Positions 9,664-23,579 of a DNA stretch of 64,000 nt are shown in pieces. The stretch's first letter is position 1; each line of letters begins with the position of its first letter. The position numbers and the translations under genes were made by a program. Origin of the DNA: an uncultured Bacteroidales bacterium (GTDB lineage Bacteria > Bacteroidota > Bacteroidia > Bacteroidales > UBA932); contig CANRID010000009.1 of NCBI GenBank assembly GCA_947630665.1, positions 688 through 64,687 of the forward strand. Direction: 5' to 3'. A model generated the notes under the pieces. That model was not told where the DNA came from, did no database searches, and was given only the letters and a program-made list of their open reading frames with translations.

Positions 9664-10617
9664 TCACCAGGCTAAGGCGCTTGCCCCCAAAATGGCGGCG
9701 TCCGATTCTTTCAGGGCGGAAGGTATGATCCGCACCTTGCCTTTCCAGATAGAGAGCAAATTTGCTTCCATGGCTTCCTTGACGGGCTTCAAGATAAAGT
9801 CTCCCGCCCGGGCCAGTCCGCCGAACAGAACGATCGCTTCGGGAGCGCTGAACGCCACGAAATCTGCAAACGCTTCTCCTAATTTCCGGCCCGTATATTC
9901 GAAAATCCGGATGGCTAATTTGTCGCCTAAAAGGGCCGCTTCGTAAACATCTTTGGATGTGATTTCGGATTTTTGACGCAGCAGGCTGGCTTCATCGGAT
10001 AATTCCAACCATTCCCGGGCGGTACGCGCCACTCCGATAGCGGACGCGTAAGTTTCCAGGCATCCTTTTTTGCCGCATCCGCACGGACGTCCGTTATCCC
10101 GCACTGAGCAGGTATGACCCAGCTCTCCGGCGAACCCGTCGTGTCCGTACACGATCTCTCCGTTGATGACGATTCCGCTGCCTACGCCCGTTCCCAAGGT
10201 TATCATGATGAAATTGCGCATTCCTCTGGCCGCTCCGTAGGTCATTTCTCCTACGGCCGCAGCATTGGCATCGTTGGTAACGGTTACCGGAATGCCTCCC
10301 AGACAATCGGAAACGGTATCTGCCAGGGGGATTATTTTCCCTTTGCCCCATTCAAGATTGGCGGCGTCTTCGATGGTTCCTTTATAATAATTTCCGTTGG
10401 GAGCGCCGATTCCGATTCCATTGATAGTATCCAATCCTGTCGGGTTCGCAAGATCCCGGATCGTATCGCATAAGGATTGCATAAAAAGAGGCGCTTCTTC
10501 CGGGCCGTATTTGGAATTGATAACGGTTTGGGTAATGATGTTCCCTCTGCGGTCTACTATTCCTATTTTGGTGGTCTGGCCTCCCACATCCACTCCTACG
10601 ACATATTGTTTTTCCAT
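9664..10617 (-). CDS. ROK family glucokinase
   Basis: N-terminal VGVDVGGQTTKIG ATP-binding motif and the ROK zinc motif CGCGKKGCLETYAS. It lies downstream of a sugar MFS transporter gene. Confidence 0.88.
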   Translation of the reverse strand: MEKQYVVGVDVGGQTTKIGIVDRRGNIITQTVINSKYGPEEAPLFMQSLCDTIRDLANPTGLDTINGIGIGAPNGNYYKGTIEDAANLEWGKGKIIPLADTVSDCLGGIPVTVTNDANAAAVGEMTYGAARGMRNFIMITLGTGVGSGIVINGEIVYGHDGFAGELGHTCSVRDNGRPCGCGKKGCLETYASAIGVARTAREWLELSDEASLLRQKSEITSKDVYEAALLGDKLAIRIFEYTGRKLGEAFADFVAFSAPEAIVLFGGLARAGDFILKPVKEAMEANLLSIWKGKVRIIPSALKESDAAILGASALAW

Positions 10618-10641
10618 GATAGTATGTTTTTCTTTTATAAA

Positions 10642-11925
10642 TTATTCTGTCGGGATATCTTTATTTACATTTTTCGAACCTGCAAAGGCGTAGAAAAGGA
10701 TGTAAAGCAATCCTGCGAAAACTACCCAATAGCTGGTCAGATAAGAGGTTACATCGGCCACCCATCCCTGGAACGCCGGAAGGATTCCACCTCCGCATAC
10801 CATGACCATGAAAATGCCGGAGGCTGCCGCAGTGTATTTGCCCAGGCCTTCAACAGCCAGATTGAATATGCCGCCCCACATGACGGAAGTGCAAAGTCCG
10901 CACAGGATCAAGAACATAATGCTGATAGGAACTTCGGTCATGCCGAAAGAGATATCGCTTTTGAAAATAGGCATCATTACTTTGGTATCTACCGGACTGA
11001 CGATAGCTGCCAGCACCAGCAGAAGACCTAATGAAGCTACGAAGGTCAGCATGGCCCGGCTGGAGATTTTGGACCCGACGGATGCGCCTGCCATACGGCC
11101 CACCAACATCAGGAACCAGTAGGTGCCCACGATGGTGCCGGCCATGGTAGTGTCGATCCCCAATTTATTGGTCATAAAGAGATTGCTGATATTCGGAATG
11201 CCCACTTCCACGCCCACATAAATGAAGATGGCGATGATTCCTAATACGAAATGTCTGAAACTGAGAGGGCTGTATTTGTCTTTGGTTTTATGCTCGGAAG
11301 ATTTTTCTATATAAGGTTCGGGAATCCGCATGGAGGCGAGTACGATGAACGCGAGTGCGAATATTCCCATGGCAATAAGCAGTGCGGGTGTTGCATCCGA
11401 AATTTTCGCGGAGGCAATGTCTCCCATGAGATAGCCCACAAAGACCGGAATGATCGTCTGGCCTATGGAATTCAGCGTGCCTCCGAACTGGATCAGCTGG
11501 TTCCCCTTTTTCCCTCCGCCGCCCAGCGTATTGAGCATAGGGTTTACTACGGTATTGAGCATGCACATGGAGAAACCCGAAATAAAGGCGCCTGTCAGAT
11601 ATACGGAAAATATCAGGTTGTTGCTCCCCTGTACTTTTCCCGACAAAAAGGTTACTCCTACGCCTGCGAAGCCCACTACTATGGCGGCCAGCGCAGTTTT
11701 CTTATAGCCGATCCTTTGCAGAAGCAGTCCGGCCGGAATGCCCATGAAGGCATAGGCGAGGAAATTGGCGAAATTCCCTAATTGGGACTGGAAATTGCTT
11801 ACCTGGAACTGGCTTTTGATAATAAGCCCCATAGGATTCTGTAAGCCCGTCACGAATGCAATCATGAAGAAAAGGGCGAACATCATTGCAATGGGTAATG
11901 CGTAATTTTTTTTGGTTGTTTCCAT
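10642..11925 (-). CDS. sugar MFS transporter (glucose/galactose or fucose permease type)
   Basis: 427-aa, 12-TM-like protein resembling the GluP/FucP family. Co-oriented with the ROK kinase 24 nt downstream. Confidence 0.8.
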   Translation of the reverse strand: METTKKNYALPIAMMFALFFMIAFVTGLQNPMGLIIKSQFQVSNFQSQLGNFANFLAYAFMGIPAGLLLQRIGYKKTALAAIVVGFAGVGVTFLSGKVQGSNNLIFSVYLTGAFISGFSMCMLNTVVNPMLNTLGGGGKKGNQLIQFGGTLNSIGQTIIPVFVGYLMGDIASAKISDATPALLIAMGIFALAFIVLASMRIPEPYIEKSSEHKTKDKYSPLSFRHFVLGIIAIFIYVGVEVGIPNISNLFMTNKLGIDTTMAGTIVGTYWFLMLVGRMAGASVGSKISSRAMLTFVASLGLLLVLAAIVSPVDTKVMMPIFKSDISFGMTEVPISIMFLILCGLCTSVMWGGIFNLAVEGLGKYTAAASGIFMVMVCGGGILPAFQGWVADVTSYLTSYWVVFAGLLYILFYAFAGSKNVNKDIPTE

Positions 11926-11974
11926 TTAATCTGATTTTAGGTTGGACAATACAAAAATAAACATTTTCTTTTTA

Positions 11975-13459
11975 TTATAATAGCGGACTGCACAGTCTCG
12001 CCAGACTTTCCTCTATTTTCCGGATGCGCGGCCGCCGCGCCCATTTCGATGCGGTTACCTGTCTGCAAAAGGCGCAATCCTTTATAAAGCGGTTCTCGAT
12101 GATTTGGGCGCAGTTTTTATTGTAAATGACCGACATGATTTCGAAATTATGTTCAAAGCTTCTCGAATCCATATTGGCCGATCCTACGATGCTCATCTGG
12201 CCGTCGATGCTGATTACCTTCGAATGGTTGAATCCTTTCTTGAATAAATATATCTTTACCCCCGCCTCTAACAACTCGCTGATATAGGAGAGCGTTCCCC
12301 AGTGGACCAAACGGGTGTCCCCTTTTTCCGGAAGCATGATCCGTACGTCTATCTCTCCTAAAGCCGCGATTTTAATGGCGTTCAGAATGGATTCGCTGGG
12401 AGTAAAATACGGGGTGACGATATAGATATGATGTTTGGCGGCATTTATGGCACTGAAATAACATTGCATGATCCCCGCCCAGTCGCTGTCGGGACCCGAA
12501 CTGATAATCTGGGAGTAAAAATATTTTTCCGGATCTTTTTCCCCCTGATTCTGCATTTCTATGGCGGGATAATATTTTTTCCATCGGGAAATACGGCGGT
12601 TCAGCACGAAATACCTGTCTAACAGGAAGCTGGCCTGCAAAGAGAAGACGGATTCTCCTTCGATCCGGATGTGGGTATCGTGCCAGTCCCCTGCGGAGGT
12701 CCCGTAATAATACCGGTCTGCGATATTGACTCCTCCTAAAAAGCCGGTTTTGCCGTCTATCACCAATATCTTGCGGTGGTTCCTGTAATTGATCAAGGAA
12801 GAAGGCCACAGAAAATGGAAAGGGGAGAAGGCCAGCACTTCCACTCCCGCCTCTTTCAGGGGAGCGATATAATCTTTTTTCAGGGAAAGGCTGCCCACCC
12901 CGTCATACAGAATCCTGACCTCCAGTCCGGCTTTGGCTTTTTTTATCAGCAACTCCTTGAATTTTTCTCCGATAGTGTCGTTTACCAGAATGTAGGATTG
13001 CAGATGAATATGGTAGCGGGCCCCTTCGATCGCCTTATACATGGCATCCAACGCGTCTCTGCCTGTAAAATAAAATTCGATTTCCTTATTTTGCTCTAAA
13101 AGGGTGTGGCTGTTGTTCAGGTTTTGATAGATCAATTTCTTAAAGGGCAGCAGTTCTTCTCCCAGCAGCCGGGGATTCCGTTTGAACGATTCCGCCTGGG
13201 TGGCGCTCAGGGTTTTTCTCAGCCGGATATCTCCCGCTCCCTTGCGGCTGTATATCTTTTTTTTCCGGTAGTTTCTGCCGAAGAATATATATAACAATAG
13301 TCCTATATACGGCAGCAGGATAAGGACGGTTACCCAGGAAAGGGTTTTTACGGGATCCTGTTTGCGGAGAATCAGCGCGGCGGCGGCATAGCATGCCAAA
13401 GCCAGATTCATCATGTAAAGAATCAGGGAAATGATCCGCCATGTTTCGCTGTACCACAT
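11975..13459 (-). CDS. cls: cardiolipin synthase
   Basis: Two N-terminal TM helices and two HKD motifs (NHRKILVIDG and NHSKVISIDG). Confidence 0.92.
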   Translation of the reverse strand: MWYSETWRIISLILYMMNLALACYAAAALILRKQDPVKTLSWVTVLILLPYIGLLLYIFFGRNYRKKKIYSRKGAGDIRLRKTLSATQAESFKRNPRLLGEELLPFKKLIYQNLNNSHTLLEQNKEIEFYFTGRDALDAMYKAIEGARYHIHLQSYILVNDTIGEKFKELLIKKAKAGLEVRILYDGVGSLSLKKDYIAPLKEAGVEVLAFSPFHFLWPSSLINYRNHRKILVIDGKTGFLGGVNIADRYYYGTSAGDWHDTHIRIEGESVFSLQASFLLDRYFVLNRRISRWKKYYPAIEMQNQGEKDPEKYFYSQIISSGPDSDWAGIMQCYFSAINAAKHHIYIVTPYFTPSESILNAIKIAALGEIDVRIMLPEKGDTRLVHWGTLSYISELLEAGVKIYLFKKGFNHSKVISIDGQMSIVGSANMDSRSFEHNFEIMSVIYNKNCAQIIENRFIKDCAFCRQVTASKWARRPRIRKIEESLARLCSPLL

Positions 13460-13480
13460 AAAAGGTCCGGTTATGATTCG

Positions 13481-14332
13481 TTAATCAGTATGTTTTTTTA
13501 TTCCGGTATATAAAACCGCTATGCCTGCCGTATATTTCCGGTATCCTGTTTCCCGGAATCCGGCCGATTCTATCTCTTTGCAGAAGGCTTCGAACCGGGG
13601 AAACTGTTCTACGGATGCCGCCAGATATTTGTAGGCGTCCTTATCTTTTGAAACCATTCTCCCGACTATGGGCAGAACATTGTTAAAATACAGATTATAG
13701 ACACCTCTTACTATCCTGTTCCGGGGTTTGGCGAATTCGAGGACAGCCACGCACCCTCCCGGCTTGACGACCCGGTAGATTTCTTTCAGGCAATGTTCCC
13801 TTTTATCGAAATTCCGGATGCCGAAACAAATGGTCACCGCATCGAATGCCCCGTCGGGAAAAGGCAGCGACTCCGCACTTGCGATCACATATTTCGGCAA
13901 AGGCAGCTCCCGGCGCTTCCGGTTTCCTTCTGTGTCGCCCGTATGCCCTTTTACCGTTTTCCTTTCCGGCACCGCTTCCCTTTCCTGTACCGCCTTCCCT
14001 GCGGACGACCCGTTTCCGGCAGGCGGATATTCTACCCTGAAACGCCGTTTCAGCTTCTTGTTTTTCTCCAAAGCCACTTCCACCATCTTTTCGGCAATAT
14101 CGGCTCCGGTCACTTCTATTCCCTTATTATATATCCCGATAGTGGAATCTCCCGTACCGCAGGCGATGTCCAGCACTTTGGAGACTTTGTTGCGAAACAG
14201 GAAGCCGGCCAGTTTCTTTCTCCAGTATTTATCCATATTGAAAGACAATACGTGGTTGAGAAAATCGTATTTAGGTGCTATTTTATTGAACATGGCGGAA
14301 ATGGTACCGCTCTTTTTATCCAGCTTCTCCAT
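13481..14332 (-). CDS. ubiE: demethylmenaquinone / ubiquinone-type methyltransferase UbiE/MenG, with internal insertion
   Basis: FNKIAPKYDFLNHVLSF, SAM motif VLDIACGTGD, and FGIRNF...EIYRVVKPGG typical of UbiE/MenG. A ~47-aa charged, low-complexity insert sits at residues ~101-147. Confidence 0.9.
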   Translation of the reverse strand: MEKLDKKSGTISAMFNKIAPKYDFLNHVLSFNMDKYWRKKLAGFLFRNKVSKVLDIACGTGDSTIGIYNKGIEVTGADIAEKMVEVALEKNKKLKRRFRVEYPPAGNGSSAGKAVQEREAVPERKTVKGHTGDTEGNRKRRELPLPKYVIASAESLPFPDGAFDAVTICFGIRNFDKREHCLKEIYRVVKPGGCVAVLEFAKPRNRIVRGVYNLYFNNVLPIVGRMVSKDKDAYKYLAASVEQFPRFEAFCKEIESAGFRETGYRKYTAGIAVLYTGIKKHTD

Positions 14333-14362
14333 TTGCTTCTGCTTTCGTCCTGCGGGATACGG

Positions 14363-15130
14363 TCATTCCCGGATAAAGTCATTTATATAGCCGAAAGAAA
14401 GTTCGTCCAGCCTGAGTTCCCCTTTGGTCACATGTCCCAGCAGCGTAATAGGGATATTGTAATTGAACAGATAATCCACCAAACCGTTTTCCTGTTTTTC
14501 CGTTACGGTGATAAGGGCCATGTAGCGGCTTCTGCCGAACAGGAATTCCTTGTCTTCTATTTCCGCGTCTCCCGTAATATCGAATCCGAGTTTATTGGGC
14601 GCGCAGGATTCGATCAGCGAAACAAAAAGCCCGTTGCGGGAAATGGCGTGCGCACTGGAAACAAGACCTTTCTCTATGCTTTTTACCAAAGTGTCCAATA
14701 CCTTCGGATCGGCCTGACAGTCGTTTTCTTCGTCCGTTTCGCCCAAAAGATAAATGGTATCTCCTTTTTTGGCGAAAGCCAAGGAGGTGATATAATCCTC
14801 CGATTTGAATTGCCCCAAGGCATGTATCCGCCCGTTGTCCGGTGTGCTGACGGTTAAATATCTGGCACCGGTGCATGACAGCCTCACAAGCGCTTCGTTG
14901 GTGGCGGTGACAATGGCCGTTTCGGGATCGTGATTGTCCGGGGCCGCATCTTCGGCTTTGCTTATTCCTAAGGTAAAGGCCCCTTTCCCCGCTTTTTCTA
15001 TTTCCGAATCGTACGGGGAATCGATGTATTTAGCCAGATTTTTCCGGAACAGTTTGTCTTCCATAAGAAGATTGCTGATTTCCACTAAGTCGTCTAATTC
15101 CTGAATTTGTCGTCTGTACTTTTCGATCAT
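14363..15130 (-). CDS. AIR-synthase-related (PurM/PurL C-terminal-like) domain protein, function unknown
   Basis: 255 aa. The segment GLVSSAHAISRNGLFVSLIESC resembles the SAHD(I/V)SDGGL signature of PurL/PurM C-terminal domains. There is no N-terminal ATP-grasp/PurM N domain. Confidence 0.55.
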   Translation of the reverse strand: MIEKYRRQIQELDDLVEISNLLMEDKLFRKNLAKYIDSPYDSEIEKAGKGAFTLGISKAEDAAPDNHDPETAIVTATNEALVRLSCTGARYLTVSTPDNGRIHALGQFKSEDYITSLAFAKKGDTIYLLGETDEENDCQADPKVLDTLVKSIEKGLVSSAHAISRNGLFVSLIESCAPNKLGFDITGDAEIEDKEFLFGRSRYMALITVTEKQENGLVDYLFNYNIPITLLGHVTKGELRLDELSFGYINDFIRE

Positions 15131-15216
15131 TTTCTTGCGGTATTTGATTTACGAAGATACGAAAATTTCAGTAAAAAGAATTTTAAACTTTTTTTTTGTA
15201 CAAGTAAAAATGATTG

Positions 15217-15224
15217 TATATTTG
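15217..15224 (+). promoter_or_regulatory. -7 promoter box (TATATTTG) for tRNA-Leu
   Basis: Exact TAnnTTTG match, ending 11 nt before the mature tRNA 5' end. Confidence 0.55.
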
Positions 15225-15235
15225 CATTCTCTGAT

Positions 15236-15319
15236 GCCCGGATGGTGAAATTGGTAGACACGTCACTTTGAGGGGGTGGTGCCGGTTACGGTGTGCAAGT
15301 TCGAGTCTTGTTCCGGGCA
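15236..15319 (+). tRNA. tRNA-Leu (anticodon GAG), long variable arm
   Basis: GCCCGGATGGTGAAATTGGTAGACAC is a typical Leu D-arm. Anticodon stem TCACT/GGTGG with loop TTGAGGG, a long variable arm, T arm and acceptor TCCGGGC. Confidence 0.88.
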
Positions 15320-15340
15320 CGCGAAATATTTTTGAACAGA

Positions 15341-15375
15341 CAAAGAGCTTCATCCGAGGCTCTTTGCCGTTTTAT
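15341..15375 (+). terminator. intrinsic terminator after tRNA-Leu
   Basis: 8-bp stem CAAAGAGC / GCTCTTTG followed by CCGTTTTAT. Confidence 0.55.
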
Positions 15376-15480
15376 GGGATGGAGATATGAAAGAAAAACA
15401 AGTATAACGGCTTCTTCTTTATATCCGATGATCCAGGACAATCAAAGATTGTTAAATTTGTTGAAAATATAAAGTAAAAA

Positions 15481-16416
15481 ATGGATATGAGAAAAATAGT
15501 TTTTTTAGATGCCGCTACGGTGGGAACGGATGTTTCTCTGGATCCTATTTCCGGATTAGGGGAGTTGGTCACTTATCCTTATACCGCTCCGGAGGAAGTA
15601 CCGGAACGCATCCGGGATTGTGAAGTGCTGATTGTAAATAAAGTGATTATCGGGAAGGAACAGATAGATGCTGCACCCCGGTTGAAGTTGATCTGCGTGG
15701 CTGCGACCGGTACGAATAATGTGGATATTCCGTATGCAGCCTCCAAAGGGATTCCTGTGAAGAATGCGGTAGGATATTCTACCGAGAGCGTGGTGCAGAT
15801 CACTTTCTCCATGGTATTTTCATTGGTAAGCAAGCTGCCTTATTTCGACAGTGCGGTAAAATCGGGAAAATATTCCCGGGGAAATTCTTTTACGGACGTG
15901 TCCGAATGTTTTTATGAACTGAAAGGCAAGCGGTACGGGATCATAGGATTGGGAAATATCGGTACCCGTGTCGCCCAGATCGCCGAAGCTTTCGGTATGG
16001 AAGCGGTTTATTGCCCTACGGGAGGGAAGCCCCATTCCGACAAATACCGTGCGCTCTCCCTTGAAGAACTGCTCGCCACAAGCGATGTGGTTTCCGTGCA
16101 TGCTCCGCTGAATGAACGGACGAATAATCTGATTACTTACGATAAAATAAAATTGATGAAGCCTTCCGCCTATCTGTTGAACATGGGACGGGGAGGGATC
16201 ATCAATGAGGCGGATCTGGTAAAAGCCCTCGATCAGGGACTGATTGCCGGCGCCGGCATAGATGTCTATACGAAAGAACCTCTGCCGGCGGACAGTCCGT
16301 ATTTGAAATTGAAAAATACCTCCGGAATCATTCTTACCCCTCATATCGGATGGGCCAGCCGGGAAGCCCGGGAGTGCCTGGTGAGAAAAATAGCGGAAAA
16401 TATCCGCAACAACTGA
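15481..16416 (+). CDS. D-isomer-specific 2-hydroxyacid dehydrogenase (glycerate/hydroxypyruvate reductase-like)
   Basis: NAD-binding GIIGLGNIGTRVA, catalytic region MGRGGIINE...LTPHIGWAS. 311 aa. Confidence 0.88.
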   Translation: MDMRKIVFLDAATVGTDVSLDPISGLGELVTYPYTAPEEVPERIRDCEVLIVNKVIIGKEQIDAAPRLKLICVAATGTNNVDIPYAASKGIPVKNAVGYSTESVVQITFSMVFSLVSKLPYFDSAVKSGKYSRGNSFTDVSECFYELKGKRYGIIGLGNIGTRVAQIAEAFGMEAVYCPTGGKPHSDKYRALSLEELLATSDVVSVHAPLNERTNNLITYDKIKLMKPSAYLLNMGRGGIINEADLVKALDQGLIAGAGIDVYTKEPLPADSPYLKLKNTSGIILTPHIGWASREARECLVRKIAENIRNN

Positions 16417-16428
16417 GGCGAAGAACGA

Positions 16429-17265
16429 TTATTTTAAAGGCGAGCCAGGTTCCTTTTTCATATAATCGTATTCCAGCCGATCTACTAAACGCGGGAAAAA
16501 TTTGTTCAGCAGCACCGTGATTTTCCCGATAGGGGTCAGGATGATCTGAGCCTTTTCCTTGCGGATCCCCACGAGCATCCGGCGGGCTACCTCTTCTGCG
16601 CTCATCATTTTGTCTTCATCCCGGGGCGTCTCACCCTGCCTGGTCCCGTCTGCCGTCAGGGCGACGTTGCGGATGTTGGAGGCGGTGAATCCCGGAGCGA
16701 AAATCATTACGTGCAACCCGTCGTGCAGGTGTTCTACCCGTAAGGTGTCGAGAAATCCATAGACGGCGAATTTGGAGGCCGAATATCCGGTCCGGGCCGG
16801 AAGTCCCTTGAATCCGGCAATGGAAATCACTCCTACCACCGACCCTTTGGTCTGGAGCAGATAAGGGAGGGCGTATTTGGTGCAATAAACGGTACCCCAG
16901 AAATTTACATCCATCAATTGCCTGATAACGGACAGATCCAGATCTTTGAAAAGGGCTCTCATGGAAATACCTGCATTATTTACTAAAATATCTATTTTCC
17001 CGTACGCCGCCACAGTTTTTTCTATCAGGTTTCTGCAATCTTCTTCCCGACAGACGTCCGTCGGGACGGCCAGAAAACGGGAAGACCCGCTTCCCGACGG
17101 ATATTGCATTTCCAGCTCCCGCACTATTTCATTGAGTTTTTCCGCTGACCGGGCCGCCAGCACCACGCGGGCCCCTGCTGCGGCGAATTCCTTTACTGCG
17201 GCCAATCCGATTCCGGAACTTGCTCCGGTAACGACCGCTACTTTGTCTTTTATTTCCTTTGCCAT
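16429..17265 (-). CDS. SDR family oxidoreductase (classical short-chain dehydrogenase)
   Basis: TGASSGIG cofactor motif, NNAG, catalytic YSASKFAV (YxxxK), and a hydrophobic C-terminal tail. Confidence 0.88.
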   Translation of the reverse strand: MAKEIKDKVAVVTGASSGIGLAAVKEFAAAGARVVLAARSAEKLNEIVRELEMQYPSGSGSSRFLAVPTDVCREEDCRNLIEKTVAAYGKIDILVNNAGISMRALFKDLDLSVIRQLMDVNFWGTVYCTKYALPYLLQTKGSVVGVISIAGFKGLPARTGYSASKFAVYGFLDTLRVEHLHDGLHVMIFAPGFTASNIRNVALTADGTRQGETPRDEDKMMSAEEVARRMLVGIRKEKAQIILTPIGKITVLLNKFFPRLVDRLEYDYMKKEPGSPLK

Positions 17266-17295
17266 ATCTTGGTTTTCTTTGCCATCTCTTGCGTA

Positions 17296-17359
17296 TTATA
17301 AAAAAACATACGCCGGAGCACTTGCGAAGAGATTCCGGCAGCGCTTTCCGGGCGTATGT
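17296..17359 (-). terminator. hairpin + T7 between the AOS-family gene and the SDR gene
   Basis: 9-bp stem ACATACGCC (17306-17314) / GGCGTATGT (17351-17359) with a 36-nt loop. On the minus strand it is followed by TTTTTTTATA. Confidence 0.45.
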
Positions 17360-17381
17360 CTTTAACGGGACACTGAAAATT

Positions 17382-18638
17382 CTAATAAATAGCCTTATCC
17401 TGAATTTCAGTACTGCCTTTATAAGCTCCGGCTTCGAGTTTCTTTTTGATCTCGGCGAAAGCATCGAGCGTGTATTGCACATGTTCGAGTTCATGCATGG
17501 CCGTCGGGATCAGGCGGTACATGATAACGCCTTTTGGAACTACCGGATATACCACTACCGAGCAGAAGATTTTGTAATTTTCGCGCAAATCTATCAGAAT
17601 ATTGGTAGCTTCCGGCACATCTCCTTTGAGGAATACCGGAGTAACGCACGCTTCCGCTACGCCTATGTCGAATCCTCTTTCCCTGAGTCCGTTTTGCAGG
17701 GCGCGGGTTATCGTCCAAAGCTTCTTCCTGAGTTCATGACCGTTGCGGATCAGCTCAAGCCGTTTCAAACAGCCTTCCACTAAAGGCATAGGCAGGGATT
17801 TCGCATAAATCTGGGAGCGCAGGTTATACCGCAGGAAATTGATGATTTCTTTCGGACCGGCTACGAATCCGCCGATTGCGGCCATCGACTTGGCGAATGC
17901 CCCGAAATACAAATCGATCTGGTCCATTACCCCGTAATGCTCGGAGGTACCCCGTCCGTTGGCACCCATGACTCCGAATCCGTGGGCATCGTCTATCAGG
18001 ATACGGAATTTATATTTTTTCTTCAATTCCACTATCTTGTCGAGAATTCCCAATCCTCCGGTCATCCCATATACGCCTTCCGTAATGAGAAGAATGCCGC
18101 CGCCTGTTTCTTCCGTCAGCTTGGTGGCTCTTTCCAAGGCTTTTTCGCATTTCTCTATATCGTTGTGAGGATAAACGATTCTTCTTCCCATGTGCAGCCG
18201 GACGCCGTCCATAATGCAGGCATGGGCCTCCGAGTCATAGACGATCACATCGTGGCGGGTCATCAGGGCATCGATGGTGGAGATCATTCCCTGATAGCCG
18301 AAATTGAACAGGAAAGCGTCTTCCTTGCATTCGAAATCCGCCAGCTCCCTTTCTAATTTCTCATGCAGGGAGGTGTGGCCGGACATCATTCTGGCGCCCA
18401 TCGGATAGGCCAGTCCCCATTTGGCGGCTGCTTCCGCATCCACCTTTCTCACTTCGGGATGATTGGCGAGTCCCAGATAGTTGTTAAAGGTCCAGGCCAG
18501 CACTTTTTGGCCGTTAAAGATCATATACGGGTTGATTTCGCCTTCGAGCTTCGGATACATGAAGTAACCGTGCGCTTTTTTTCTGTATTGTCCCAGCGGA
18601 CCGCCTTCGTCTTTGGCAATTCTTTCAAAAATATCCAT
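17382..18638 (-). CDS. alpha-oxoamine synthase family PLP enzyme (serine palmitoyltransferase / cysteate-acyl transferase / Kbl-like)
   Basis: 418 aa. NNYLGLANHPEV, DSEAHACIMDG, DDAHGFGV, PLP-lysine region GAFAKSMAAIGG, YPVVPKG. All are hallmarks of the AOS family; substrate specificity cannot be read from the sequence by eye. Confidence 0.85.
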   Translation of the reverse strand: MDIFERIAKDEGGPLGQYRKKAHGYFMYPKLEGEINPYMIFNGQKVLAWTFNNYLGLANHPEVRKVDAEAAAKWGLAYPMGARMMSGHTSLHEKLERELADFECKEDAFLFNFGYQGMISTIDALMTRHDVIVYDSEAHACIMDGVRLHMGRRIVYPHNDIEKCEKALERATKLTEETGGGILLITEGVYGMTGGLGILDKIVELKKKYKFRILIDDAHGFGVMGANGRGTSEHYGVMDQIDLYFGAFAKSMAAIGGFVAGPKEIINFLRYNLRSQIYAKSLPMPLVEGCLKRLELIRNGHELRKKLWTITRALQNGLRERGFDIGVAEACVTPVFLKGDVPEATNILIDLRENYKIFCSVVVYPVVPKGVIMYRLIPTAMHELEHVQYTLDAFAEIKKKLEAGAYKGSTEIQDKAIY

Positions 18639-18738
18639 TCTTTTATCTTTTAATAGTTTTTCAATAATTCAACAGGTGTCTTTGCTTTTACTGTATGATA
18701 ACGTACTGTTTAAAATCAAAAAAAGTCGTCCGGCAATG

Positions 18739-23552
<4,814 letters not shown>

Positions 23553-23579
23553 CTCTCGAATTTCATTATAAAAAACTAA

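Noticed and set aside
13793-14857. 354-aa plus-strand ORF spanning ubiE and the AIRS-like gene. Similar long antisense ORFs lie at 18613-19620 (opposite M23/LysM) and 45827-46873 (opposite ppdK).
   Set aside because: Each lies opposite a gene with clear family motifs and has no motifs of its own. One of them even crosses an intergenic gap. They are treated as non-coding shadows.
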